Made by a program: the position numbers and the translations under genes
Source: Candidatus Delongbacteria bacterium
GTDB lineage: Bacteria > CAIWAD01
Direction of reading: 5' to 3'
Assembly (NCBI GenBank): GCA_963663545.1
Contig: OY760505.1
Span: 2,048,001 to 2,112,000 of the forward strand
DNA: 64,000 nucleotides
In this document: piece by piece, positions 10,406 to 19,106 of the stretch
Numbering within the stretch: the stretch's first letter is position 1
Layout of the letters: each line of letters starts with the position of its first letter
Notes under the pieces: generated by a model
The model's database searches: none
What the model saw: only the letters and a program-made list of their open reading frames with translations
Told to the model about the DNA's origin: nothing

Positions 10406-11731
10406 TCAGATCATTTTGCGTGCCTTGAACAGCTTGCGCAAAGTGGCAAGCTTGGGCAGCTCGGCCAAGGCCCGCTGCCGGGCGCGTTTTTGTATCACGG
10501 CCTTCGGTTCGCCGGTCATGGAGAAATAGTCGACCAACAGGCGATTGGCCAATGTCGGCCACTCTTTGGTGAACTCGGGGAGTTCTTCCAGCAGTTTTCC
10601 CATGTCGGCGTACTTGCGCAGATCGTGAGCCGCGGTGCTTTCGCGCAGGCGCGTCTCGTAGCTCTGCAGCCCGGCCCGACTGAAGTCTCCGGCGGCGCGA
10701 GCGGCTAATACGGCCTGCGCGGCCAGGCGTCCTGATTCCATCGCCAGGTTGGTGCCTTCTTTGTAAACGGAGAAATTCACCAACCCCGCAGCATCTCCGG
10801 CAATCAGTAGGCCGTTGCCGCTGAGTTGCGGCATTGCGTGCCAGCCTCCCTCGGGAATCATGTGTGCGCTGTATTCCACCAGCTCGCCACCGCGAACCAG
10901 AGGACGCACCGTGTCGTGATTCATGAAGGCGTCCATCATTTCGACAGTGCCCAGTTTGTGCTCCTTGAGCGACTCGATACGGGCGGCAAAACCAATGCTG
11001 ACGGTTTCCTGTTGCGTGTAGACAAAACCTCCGCCGATGGCGGCGCCAAAGGGAGTGCCGAAGAAATCGACAGCAGCGCCTTGACCTTCTTCCAGGCCAA
11101 AACGGTCTTCAATCTGCGCCTTGCTCAGTTTGACCGTTTGCTTAATACCGACGGCGTATTCCTGAGCATGGCGACCCGGCGACATTTTTAACTCCTGCAT
11201 CGCCTTGCGTGATACAAGATTGTTGGCGCCATCGCAGAGGAGGATCACGTCTGCCAGGAATTCTTCTTCTGCACCGCGAATGCGCACGCCAGCGGCCTTG
11301 CGCGAGGCACCTTCGCCTTCGTAGAGCAACTCATCCACCACCATGCCTTCCAGTAGGCTGGCACCGGCCTCTTCGACTTGCGCGGCCATCCAGCGATCAA
11401 ATTGAGAACGGTGTACGGTCCAGGCGTGATTGTGTGGCGACTGCATCCAGCGACGACCCGAGAAATCGACGCCCAGGTGTCCTTCTTCAGTCAGGAAGAC
11501 AAAACGGCGTTGTGTCACAGGGCGTTCCAGCGGCGCGCTGGCGGCAAACTCCGGCAATAGCTCAGCAAGCACGGTTGTGTAGAGCAGACCACCCATGTTC
11601 TTGCTGCCCGCATACTCGCCGCGCTCCACAAGGATCACTTCCAGACCCTGGCGCGCCATTTCCAGTGCAGCGCTAAGACCGGCGGGGCCACCGCCGACAA
11701 CGATGGCGTCCACTTTTACCTGTTCGCTCAC
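10406..11731 (-). CDS. fixC: FixC-like ETF:quinone oxidoreductase flavoprotein
   Basis: GGGPAG, ERGEYAGSKNMGG, EYSAHMIPEGG, AGDAAG motifs; GTG start 6 nt after AGGAG. Confidence 0.9.
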   Translation of the reverse strand: MSEQVKVDAIVVGGGPAGLSAALEMARQGLEVILVERGEYAGSKNMGGLLYTTVLAELLPEFAASAPLERPVTQRRFVFLTEEGHLGVDFSGRRWMQSPHNHAWTVHRSQFDRWMAAQVEEAGASLLEGMVVDELLYEGEGASRKAAGVRIRGAEEEFLADVILLCDGANNLVSRKAMQELKMSPGRHAQEYAVGIKQTVKLSKAQIEDRFGLEEGQGAAVDFFGTPFGAAIGGGFVYTQQETVSIGFAARIESLKEHKLGTVEMMDAFMNHDTVRPLVRGGELVEYSAHMIPEGGWHAMPQLSGNGLLIAGDAAGLVNFSVYKEGTNLAMESGRLAAQAVLAARAAGDFSRAGLQSYETRLRESTAAHDLRKYADMGKLLEELPEFTKEWPTLANRLLVDYFSMTGEPKAVIQKRARQRALAELPKLATLRKLFKARKMI

Positions 11732-11930
11732 AGCCAACTCCTAATAGTGATGGTTCGGACCAAAGGGCCCGCGCGGACTCGACGGTCCGCGAATGGAAGC
11801 AAACAAGTTACACAGCCTGGCACTGCCTCGCAAAGACACCTGTTATGAAGTGAACAGGGTTCAGTGCGGGGAAAGGACAAGCGCTTCCTTACCTTTCAGC
11901 GATCGTTTTACGTTTTCGACGGGAGTTTGA

Positions 11931-13193
11931 ATGAGCGAGAAGCTGATTCTGCGTCCGCGCATCTTCGGCAATTTCTGCACCGTTTCGCACCCCGCTGGCT
12001 GTTTTGCCAACGTACGTGAACAGGCGATTCGAGCCGCAGGGGCGCATCGGCAGAAACCGGGCGGAACGGCGCTGGTGTTGGGTTCCTCCATGGGGTATGG
12101 CCTTTCTGCGCGTATCACAGCCGCGTTCGGTTATGGCATGGACACGCTGGGTGTAGCGCTGTTGCATCCGAGCCAGCGACGCAGGCCAGCAGGCGGTGGC
12201 TGGTACAACACCGCAGCCCTGCACAGGCTTGCTACCGAGGCCGGTCTACACGCGAGTACTATCAATGGTGACTGCTTTTCGCGTGAAACTCTGGAGCACA
12301 CGCTGCAGCGCGTGGCCGAAGAATTGGGCCCGTTGGATTATCTGATCTATAGTGTGGCGGCGCCGCGACGCGTCGATCCCGACACGGGCGTAGAGTACCG
12401 CAGTTCGCTCAAGGTGCTGGGGGATCCTGTGACATGCCCGACCCTCGACTGGCGCACGGGCGAACTGGGTAGCATGGAGTTTGAGCCCGGCACCGAAGAA
12501 GAGGTTGCCGGTACTGTTGGCGTGATGGGAGGCGATGATCTGGCACGCTGGACGCGTGAGCTGCTCAAGCGCAACCTGTTGGCCGAAGACGCCCGGGTTG
12601 TGGCCTTCAGCTATATCGGCCCTTCTGTGACACACGCCATTTATCGTGACGGCTGCATTGGGCAAGCCAAGAAGCATCTCGAGTCTACGTGTCACCAACT
12701 CAACAAAGAGCTAAGCGAGGTTGTTGGTGGAAGCTGTCATGCCGTAGTTGCCAAGTCGGTTGTGACACAGAGTTCGCTGGCCATTCCTTCCATTACCCTC
12801 TACATCAGCATGGTGATGAAAATCATGAAACAGCAGGGTGTGCACGAAGATACACTGGATCAGATGATACGCCTCTTTGGTGATCACCTCGCGCCCGAGA
12901 GGGAGCCACAGCCGGACGAGGCCGGTCGCATTCGCATTGACGATTTGGAAATGGCCGAAAGCGTGCAGCGGGAAATTGTATCACGCTGGTCGCACCTCGA
13001 CACGCTGGATCCTGCCGTGGATTGCGACCTGGAGGGCTTCCGAGAGGACTTTCTGCGCATCTTCGGTTTTGGTGTTGAGGGTGTGGATTACGAAGAGCCG
13101 CAGCCCTTGTGGGTGCCGCTTTGTGGTCCGCCCGATCGCGGAACGACTGGAACACGCATCTTTCATGGACGACCTTTGGTGGAAGGTGTATGA
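11931..13193 (+). CDS. fabV: Trans-2-enoyl-CoA / enoyl-ACP reductase (FabV/Ter family)
   Basis: GSSMGYGLSARI, GWYN, YSVAAPRR, SYIGP, Y.x8.K (YRDGCIGQAK), FGFGVEGVDY. Confidence 0.9.
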   Translation: MSEKLILRPRIFGNFCTVSHPAGCFANVREQAIRAAGAHRQKPGGTALVLGSSMGYGLSARITAAFGYGMDTLGVALLHPSQRRRPAGGGWYNTAALHRLATEAGLHASTINGDCFSRETLEHTLQRVAEELGPLDYLIYSVAAPRRVDPDTGVEYRSSLKVLGDPVTCPTLDWRTGELGSMEFEPGTEEEVAGTVGVMGGDDLARWTRELLKRNLLAEDARVVAFSYIGPSVTHAIYRDGCIGQAKKHLESTCHQLNKELSEVVGGSCHAVVAKSVVTQSSLAIPSITLYISMVMKIMKQQGVHEDTLDQMIRLFGDHLAPEREPQPDEAGRIRIDDLEMAESVQREIVSRWSHLDTLDPAVDCDLEGFREDFLRIFGFGVEGVDYEEPQPLWVPLCGPPDRGTTGTRIFHGRPLVEGV

Positions 13194-13663
13194 GGGCGGT
13201 CATTCAGCGTGTGTCACGGGCAGAAGTCCGCTGTGTCAGCGGCAAGCATGACAGAATAGGTAAAGGCTACGTGGTGCTGGTGGGTGTGGCGCGCGGTGAC
13301 ACAAGCGACGATATTGAGTACATCACTACGAAGATTCCACAGCTAAGGCTGTTTCCCGATGCGAAAGGGGTAATGAATCTCTCGTTGCTGGAAATGCTTG
13401 TGCAGGAACCGACAGAGGATTCGCGTCCGGGGGTGCTGCTGATCAGTCAGTTCACGCTACTCGCCGAAACGCGAAAGGGTAGACGCCCCTACTACGGAAA
13501 TGCCGCCGACCCGGCTGAGGCAATACCTGTATACGAGGAAGTTGCGCGACGGTTGGAAGCGCAGGGAATCTGTGTGACGACGGGTGTTTTTGGTGATCAC
13601 ATGGATGTGGAGCTTGTCAACGACGGCCCCGTGACCATTCTGCTGGATTCGGCAAATCGTTAA
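13190..13663 (+). CDS. dtd: D-aminoacyl-tRNA deacylase
   Basis: MRAVIQRV, SQFTL, KGRRP, VNDGPVT; ATGA overlap with the fabV stop. Confidence 0.95.
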   Translation: MRAVIQRVSRAEVRCVSGKHDRIGKGYVVLVGVARGDTSDDIEYITTKIPQLRLFPDAKGVMNLSLLEMLVQEPTEDSRPGVLLISQFTLLAETRKGRRPYYGNAADPAEAIPVYEEVARRLEAQGICVTTGVFGDHMDVELVNDGPVTILLDSANR

Positions 13664-13697
13664 GCCGCTGTGACACACAGCATCAGACCTAAACAGC

Positions 13698-13726
13698 GAA
13701 TCCCCCGGGGGGAAGCCGGGGGATTC
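13698..13726. terminator. Hairpin between convergent genes (likely terminator)
   Basis: GAATCCCCCGG ... CCGGGGGATTC 11-bp stem. Confidence 0.7.
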
Positions 13727-13764
13727 TAGTTTCAGGAAAAGACCCGTCTAGAAGAGGGTGCTCA

Positions 13765-16700
13765 TCACTCAGCGACAGCAGTTACCTTGAAGCTACAAAC
13801 TTCATCTTCATGGGGCGAGATCAAACAGCATGGCTCACAACTTGTGGCCAACTCGTACCACACACCGTCCGCACCAGCACAATACAACCGATAGAACAGT
13901 GCGCCTTCCACTTCGCTCCAGCGGAGCTCCAACTCCTCTGAGTCAACAATTGACAGTGTCAAGCCGGGCGCTGTCAGTTGACGTACTTCATAGCTACACA
14001 CCTCGCTGCTGTCGGTATTACCCCAATTGTCACACGCTTCAACGAAGTAGCTAAGCATTTGACCTGCAGCAATAACTGGCAGTACCGCGGAATACTGGTG
14101 ATCTCCGTTGTGATACATGATGATTGTATCCCCCGACCCTTCACTGCTCCAGTGAAGGGATACAATCTCGAGCGAACTTGCATCGGAAACGAGTACTGTA
14201 ACATCACGAGAATCGGGAATGAATGTATCACCAAGACAGTCGAGAAGGATCACCGGGGGATCGCTGTCCGGGCTGCTGACATCGAGAAGCACGGGTATCA
14301 CATATGTCTGAATACGACCGGGTTCGTTGGTAACAATTGAAAGCTGACCAGAGAAAACACCACCACTCATGGTAGTGGCGTTCATGGTCAGAAGTAGTGT
14401 GTCCTGCTCACCCTGTGCCAGACTTCCGCTGTTCTGTGATACACTTAGCCAGGGGTCTTCATCGTTGTGCTCCAGCACGATGGCCATGTTTGAACACAGA
14501 TAATCTGTGTTGAATGCAATTTGTGTTCCGCAGGAGCCGTCAGCACTTTCTATGCCGATGGTGGCGCTATCCAGCGTGGTGCTTAACTCAGCGTACTGAA
14601 ACTCCACGCGACCATCCCTGTGCAGAATAAGTTCGAAAGTGTAGGCGCCGTCCTCATTGAAGCGCGGGACTTCGTCCCACTGAACAATGAAGCACTCGGA
14701 TCTAGATTCGTAATACACATCCCCGCCACTAGCTGGATTGAAGTCGTCCCACATGGGAGCAATCAGCGCGTTCAGTTCATCAGGCGTGGGAATCTGCTGG
14801 TTGGCGTACTCGTTACTCGTTGCAGTGAAACTCACCCAGCCGTTGGAGCAAACATTGACACGAGTGTATGTGTCACCGTAATAGTGAAAGGGAAAACCAA
14901 GTTCGAGCGGCCCCGAATTGGCGTCATCTTCAAGGGCTAGCGCTGTTCCGCTGACACTGATGTCGATGAAGGAAACAGTCGGGCCGTCGGGCTCGTTGGA
15001 ATCCCGCCACAAGTAGCCACCACCGTCAGCAATTGATGATCGTCCAGCAAACGCGGGAGTTCGCGGATCACGTTGGTCCTTGGCAAGTGCAAGCGGTTCG
15101 AATGGCTGCTCCCGGCTCTCACCACAAAGCGTGTTCTGGCTGACAAAAGCGTCCCAGGTCAGCGTTTGCTCGCCAGTGTTTTGCAGCATGAGTTGTGCCG
15201 TGACACTTGCGCCAGCGTCAACCTCGGCGTTGATTTGTGCAGGCTCGAAACTGAAGTGCGGGGGCGCTGGAGTGTAGAATACGGTGAAGCTCCAGGCTTG
15301 CTGCGTTTCGTTCGCATTGTGGTCACTGGCCGTAATACGGTACTCGATCAACCCTCCTGCGGATTGACCCGGAATGGATCCTGCCCAGGTGTTATCATCG
15401 GGCTCGAAGTCAACAACGGACCATTCGTTACCATCTACGCGGTACTCCAGTGATACGTCATCCAGGGCGCAATTGTCGTAGAGGTCGGCAATCACATCAT
15501 AAGGCCCGAGAGTATCGCTAGTATCACTGAGTGGCGTGTGTGTGATACATGGAGCCTCGCTGTCATTCTCGCAGGGATCAGGTGACAGAACACCAAACAG
15601 CTCATCACCAAACAGAGCGGCAACGATTTCATCGAAATCGCTTAACCCGGCCAACTCGAAAGAGACGGCTACGGATCGGATGTCGCCGTTCTGGTAGTAG
15701 CCACAGTTGTAGCCCGCTTCCTCGTTACTGAAAAGTAGGGTTGCTCCACTGGATCCAAGACGATCTATCCAGGCGTTGGCGCCGCTGTAGGAGTGGTTTC
15801 CGCTGGCTGGTGGCTGACCAACAACGGTGGACAGATCTCCAGTACCGTCGCTGTTTCCCGTGACACCAAACATGGTGCAGAACTCGTAACCCCCGTGATT
15901 CGGGTCATAGGCCCAGCAGTCCCCGCCCTCCATGTAGACGAGCCCGCCTTCTTGCATGAAAGTGGTGATTGCCGCTGCAGTGGAGCTGTTTTCTTCCACA
16001 ACGAAATTACGGCTGTAGATACCCAGCAGCACGATCAGCGCGTCGGTTTCTGCACCAAGCGCAACGCCGTCGAGGTCGTTTACGTTTTGTATCACGCCAT
16101 TGTAACCTGCGTCTGCCAACGCCGACTCCCAGGCATCTCCGTCTGAATACGTGCTCTCCGAAGGTGTCAACAGCACTATGCCGCTGGTCGCCGTGAGGAC
16201 AGTGAAACTCCAAACAGTCGAAGTCGCAGAGTTGGCTTCCGGAGACCCATCTGTGGCCGTGATGTAATACTCGACGACACTGCCGTCCGCCTGAGCAGGA
16301 ATTACAGCCGAATAGCTGCTTCCGATGGCCGACATGAGTACGGAGCCCCATAGCCCGCCGTTGCTTCTCCAGAAGAGCGTAGCGCATGCAATACCGCTGA
16401 TGTCGCTAACCTGCGCCGACACAGGCCAGGGTCCATTTCCAGCTTGATTGCTAAGTGGCGTGTGTTGTATCACGGGAGGCGTTGTATCCGGAGCGCCTCC
16501 GCTGATGGCGTCGATCAACTCCTCCATGTTCGGCATGTTGGAGATCGGTTTGCTGCCACTAGCGCTTGCCTGGGGTGTTCCCGTGTTACGCAGCAATGTG
16601 CGCATTTGCCAAGCATCAAGAACAGCACCGTCATAACGGCTCTTGTAAATGGCTTGCAAGGTGGCTAGTGCACCGGCAACGATCGGACAAGCGCCTGAAG

Positions 16701-17940
16701 TTCCACCGAAATCGCTGGTGTAATACTGGCGTGTATCACCGCCTCCTGAGAAAAGGTCACCATAACCAGCGCTGTAGACGTATTCTCCCTGAGCGTAGGC
16801 GTCAATGCGGCTTCCATAGTTGGTGAAGCAGGCCGGGTCGCGATCCACATCTGCTGCGCCGACGATGATAGCGCCGCTGTCTCTGTATCCCAGGTCATAG
16901 ATACTGTTGTAGTACACGTTGTCCATTGGCACACAACCATTGGCTGCGCTGTTGACCACAATGCGACCATTGGCTGTGATGGTCTGGATCGCCTCGAAGT
17001 CCGCCTGGTTGGACTCTGCGGGCTGACTTCCTGCCTGTAGCGGATTGCAGGAACAGTTGTAGCCACTGGGCAGACTACCGCCATAACCCCAGGATGCCGC
17101 GATGATGTCACCCTCTTCCAGATGGTTGGAGGCGCGGATCCAAGCTGAGGCAGAACCGTTGTCGATTCCACTGCAGCTGATTTCGTCAACGCCGTGCGCC
17201 AGCCCTGTGATACCGTAGGCATTTTGCACGGCTGCCAGGATTGAGACACAAGCCGTACCGTGATCGCGCCAGTTTGTATCACTCATGTTTCCGCCGCCCA
17301 GGTAGACGAGATCGAAATCTTCGTGATCCAGATACCAGCCGCCTTCTACGTGGCAAATGCTGATGCCGTTACCATCTCCGTTTTCTTCGGCCCAGGCTGT
17401 GCTGATGCCCACACCTGTGGGAGCCGCATTCATGTAGCTCTGGTAGCTTTCGTACAGGGGCGTTGTGGGGGGAATATCCGCAGCGAGTAGAATGGGCACA
17501 CCAACAGCGCTGGCGGAGCGAATGTGCTGGTTCTGAGCGAGTTGTTCTGCCAGCTTGCGCGCCGCTTCTTCACTGGGTAAGACGCAGCTATACCAATTGT
17601 TGAGGTTCGGCAGGTTGTGGTGCACGCGCGCTTCGCCCTTACTGCGGAGCTCGTTCAGCACTTTTGCGGAGTGTTCGGCAAACAGGCGCGCAATGTCTGT
17701 TGCGCCAAATTGCGCGAGCAAGTCTTCTATGTCGGAGTACTCCCACTTCTGACTGCTGCTGAAATCACGGCCGTGGAGCTCGACTTGTGACACATCGTCA
17801 AAGGCAAATTCGACCCTTGCCTTGGAGTAGTAGCCGGAATCCGGCCTGGGCAGTATGTGCTGTGCCCGGGCGATGTGAGAACCCGCCAGGAGAAACGTCA
17901 GCATCATCACTAGGAGTAAGTGTGGCACTGACTTGTACAT
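13765..17940 (-). CDS. Large secreted S8 (subtilase) peptidase with Ig-like and other extracellular modules
   Basis: Signal peptide; DHGTA (His), NSAANG (oxyanion Asn), GGTSGACP (Ser); repeated P.I.HTPL Ig-like units; GGAGG RBS before ATG 17940. Confidence 0.88.
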   Translation of the reverse strand: MYKSVPHLLLVMMLTFLLAGSHIARAQHILPRPDSGYYSKARVEFAFDDVSQVELHGRDFSSSQKWEYSDIEDLLAQFGATDIARLFAEHSAKVLNELRSKGEARVHHNLPNLNNWYSCVLPSEEAARKLAEQLAQNQHIRSASAVGVPILLAADIPPTTPLYESYQSYMNAAPTGVGISTAWAEENGDGNGISICHVEGGWYLDHEDFDLVYLGGGNMSDTNWRDHGTACVSILAAVQNAYGITGLAHGVDEISCSGIDNGSASAWIRASNHLEEGDIIAASWGYGGSLPSGYNCSCNPLQAGSQPAESNQADFEAIQTITANGRIVVNSAANGCVPMDNVYYNSIYDLGYRDSGAIIVGAADVDRDPACFTNYGSRIDAYAQGEYVYSAGYGDLFSGGGDTRQYYTSDFGGTSGACPIVAGALATLQAIYKSRYDGAVLDAWQMRTLLRNTGTPQASASGSKPISNMPNMEELIDAISGGAPDTTPPVIQHTPLSNQAGNGPWPVSAQVSDISGIACATLFWRSNGGLWGSVLMSAIGSSYSAVIPAQADGSVVEYYITATDGSPEANSATSTVWSFTVLTATSGIVLLTPSESTYSDGDAWESALADAGYNGVIQNVNDLDGVALGAETDALIVLLGIYSRNFVVEENSSTAAAITTFMQEGGLVYMEGGDCWAYDPNHGGYEFCTMFGVTGNSDGTGDLSTVVGQPPASGNHSYSGANAWIDRLGSSGATLLFSNEEAGYNCGYYQNGDIRSVAVSFELAGLSDFDEIVAALFGDELFGVLSPDPCENDSEAPCITHTPLSDTSDTLGPYDVIADLYDNCALDDVSLEYRVDGNEWSVVDFEPDDNTWAGSIPGQSAGGLIEYRITASDHNANETQQAWSFTVFYTPAPPHFSFEPAQINAEVDAGASVTAQLMLQNTGEQTLTWDAFVSQNTLCGESREQPFEPLALAKDQRDPRTPAFAGRSSIADGGGYLWRDSNEPDGPTVSFIDISVSGTALALEDDANSGPLELGFPFHYYGDTYTRVNVCSNGWVSFTATSNEYANQQIPTPDELNALIAPMWDDFNPASGGDVYYESRSECFIVQWDEVPRFNEDGAYTFELILHRDGRVEFQYAELSTTLDSATIGIESADGSCGTQIAFNTDYLCSNMAIVLEHNDEDPWLSVSQNSGSLAQGEQDTLLLTMNATTMSGGVFSGQLSIVTNEPGRIQTYVIPVLLDVSSPDSDPPVILLDCLGDTFIPDSRDVTVLVSDASSLEIVSLHWSSEGSGDTIIMYHNGDHQYSAVLPVIAAGQMLSYFVEACDNWGNTDSSEVCSYEVRQLTAPGLTLSIVDSEELELRWSEVEGALFYRLYCAGADGVWYELATSCEPCCLISPHEDEVCSFKVTAVAE

Positions 17941-18123
17941 GATTCCTCCATTTGGCGATCCCTTTGCCCCGTGTTCGCGCCATACGCTACCTACCCGCAA
18001 CTGCGGGCGGAATTGGCCGGGTTTTATAGGGTCGATCGGGCAAAGCCAAAGCTAGACAAGACAGTGTGGAATGCAATGGAAAAATGCGTGTTACATAAAG
18101 TCCAGATGAAGTAGCGCTACTTC

Positions 18124-18152
18124 TTGACACCTGAACATGTGTTTAGTATTCT
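18124..18152 (+). promoter_or_regulatory. Sigma70-type lexA promoter containing an SOS box
   Basis: TTGACA (18124-29), 17-nt spacer, TATTCT (18147-52). GAAC-ATGT-GTTT (18133-44) in the spacer matches GAAC-N4-GTTC-type LexA boxes. Confidence 0.8.
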
Positions 18153-18175
18153 GTGAACACCAACAGGAGGCAAGC

Positions 18176-18814
18176 ATGAGCCCTAGACAGCAAAACCAAA
18201 ACTTGACCAGTCGCCAGGAAGAGGTCCTGCGCTACATTCAGGAGCAGGTTGAGGAGCAGGGGTCGCCGCCAAGCTATCGAGAAATTGGTGAGCAGTTCGG
18301 CATTCGCTCCACAAATGGCGTGAAGGTTATTCTGGATGCTCTTGAGCGGAAGGGCCACCTGCGTCGACGTGCCAACCGCGCGCGGAGTCTGGAGCCAGTA
18401 GACGTGCCTCCTACGCCCAAAGAGCTGGGCGCTGTTACGGTGCCGCTGATCGGACGGGTGGCAGCGGGAGATCCCATTCTTGCTACGGGCAACGTGGAAG
18501 ACCTGCTGCAGGTTGACGCCTCGCTCGTTCGTCAGGATGATTCCTTTGCCCTGGAAGTGCACGGCGAAAGCATGGTCGAAGCCGGGATTCTTGATGGCGA
18601 TATCGTTGTCGCGCGAGTGCAGGATACGGCCCGCGCCGGCGAGCTGGTGGTGGCGCTGATCGGCGAAGAAGCAACGGTCAAGTTCTTCTTTCCGGAGGGA
18701 GACCGTGTGCGCTTGCAGCCAGCTAACGGATCCTACAAGCCCATTATCGTTGACAAGGCGTCGGAGGAGTTTCGCATTGCGGGCAAGGTGACGGGCCTGA
18801 TGCGTCGCATGTAG
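18176..18814 (+). CDS. lexA: LexA repressor
   Basis: LTSRQEEVL..I wHTH, PPSYREI, GRVAAG (Ala-Gly cleavage site), GESM (Ser), ATVK (Lys); AGGAGG RBS at 18165. Confidence 0.96.
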   Translation: MSPRQQNQNLTSRQEEVLRYIQEQVEEQGSPPSYREIGEQFGIRSTNGVKVILDALERKGHLRRRANRARSLEPVDVPPTPKELGAVTVPLIGRVAAGDPILATGNVEDLLQVDASLVRQDDSFALEVHGESMVEAGILDGDIVVARVQDTARAGELVVALIGEEATVKFFFPEGDRVRLQPANGSYKPIIVDKASEEFRIAGKVTGLMRRM

Positions 18815-18848
18815 CGCGTGGCTCGTCAAGTGGATTCGGAGTTCAGCC

Positions 18849-19106
18849 ATGCGCTACGAAGAAATCGGTGATCCCATTGAGGTCATTACGCTCTTTCGTG
18901 AGGGCAAGATGCGCCCGTTAAAATTCCGCTGGAAGAACGATGTCTTTCGCATTGATCGCATCAATGGAGGATGGATCAGCGACGAAGGCTACAACCGGCG
19001 TCGGCATTATGCGGTGTGCGCCAATGAATCACCGGATGTCTATGAACTGAGCTATTCCATCGAAACGATGAACTGGGAGCTTACCCGTGTCTGCCTGGTT
19101 GGATGA
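18849..19106 (+). CDS. Small conserved protein (DUF6504-like) between lexA and dinB
   Basis: 85 aa; GGAG RBS; IGDPIEV...P..FRW.....I and YEL......W.L pattern recalled from small SOS-linked proteins. Confidence 0.65.
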   Translation: MRYEEIGDPIEVITLFREGKMRPLKFRWKNDVFRIDRINGGWISDEGYNRRRHYAVCANESPDVYELSYSIETMNWELTRVCLVG

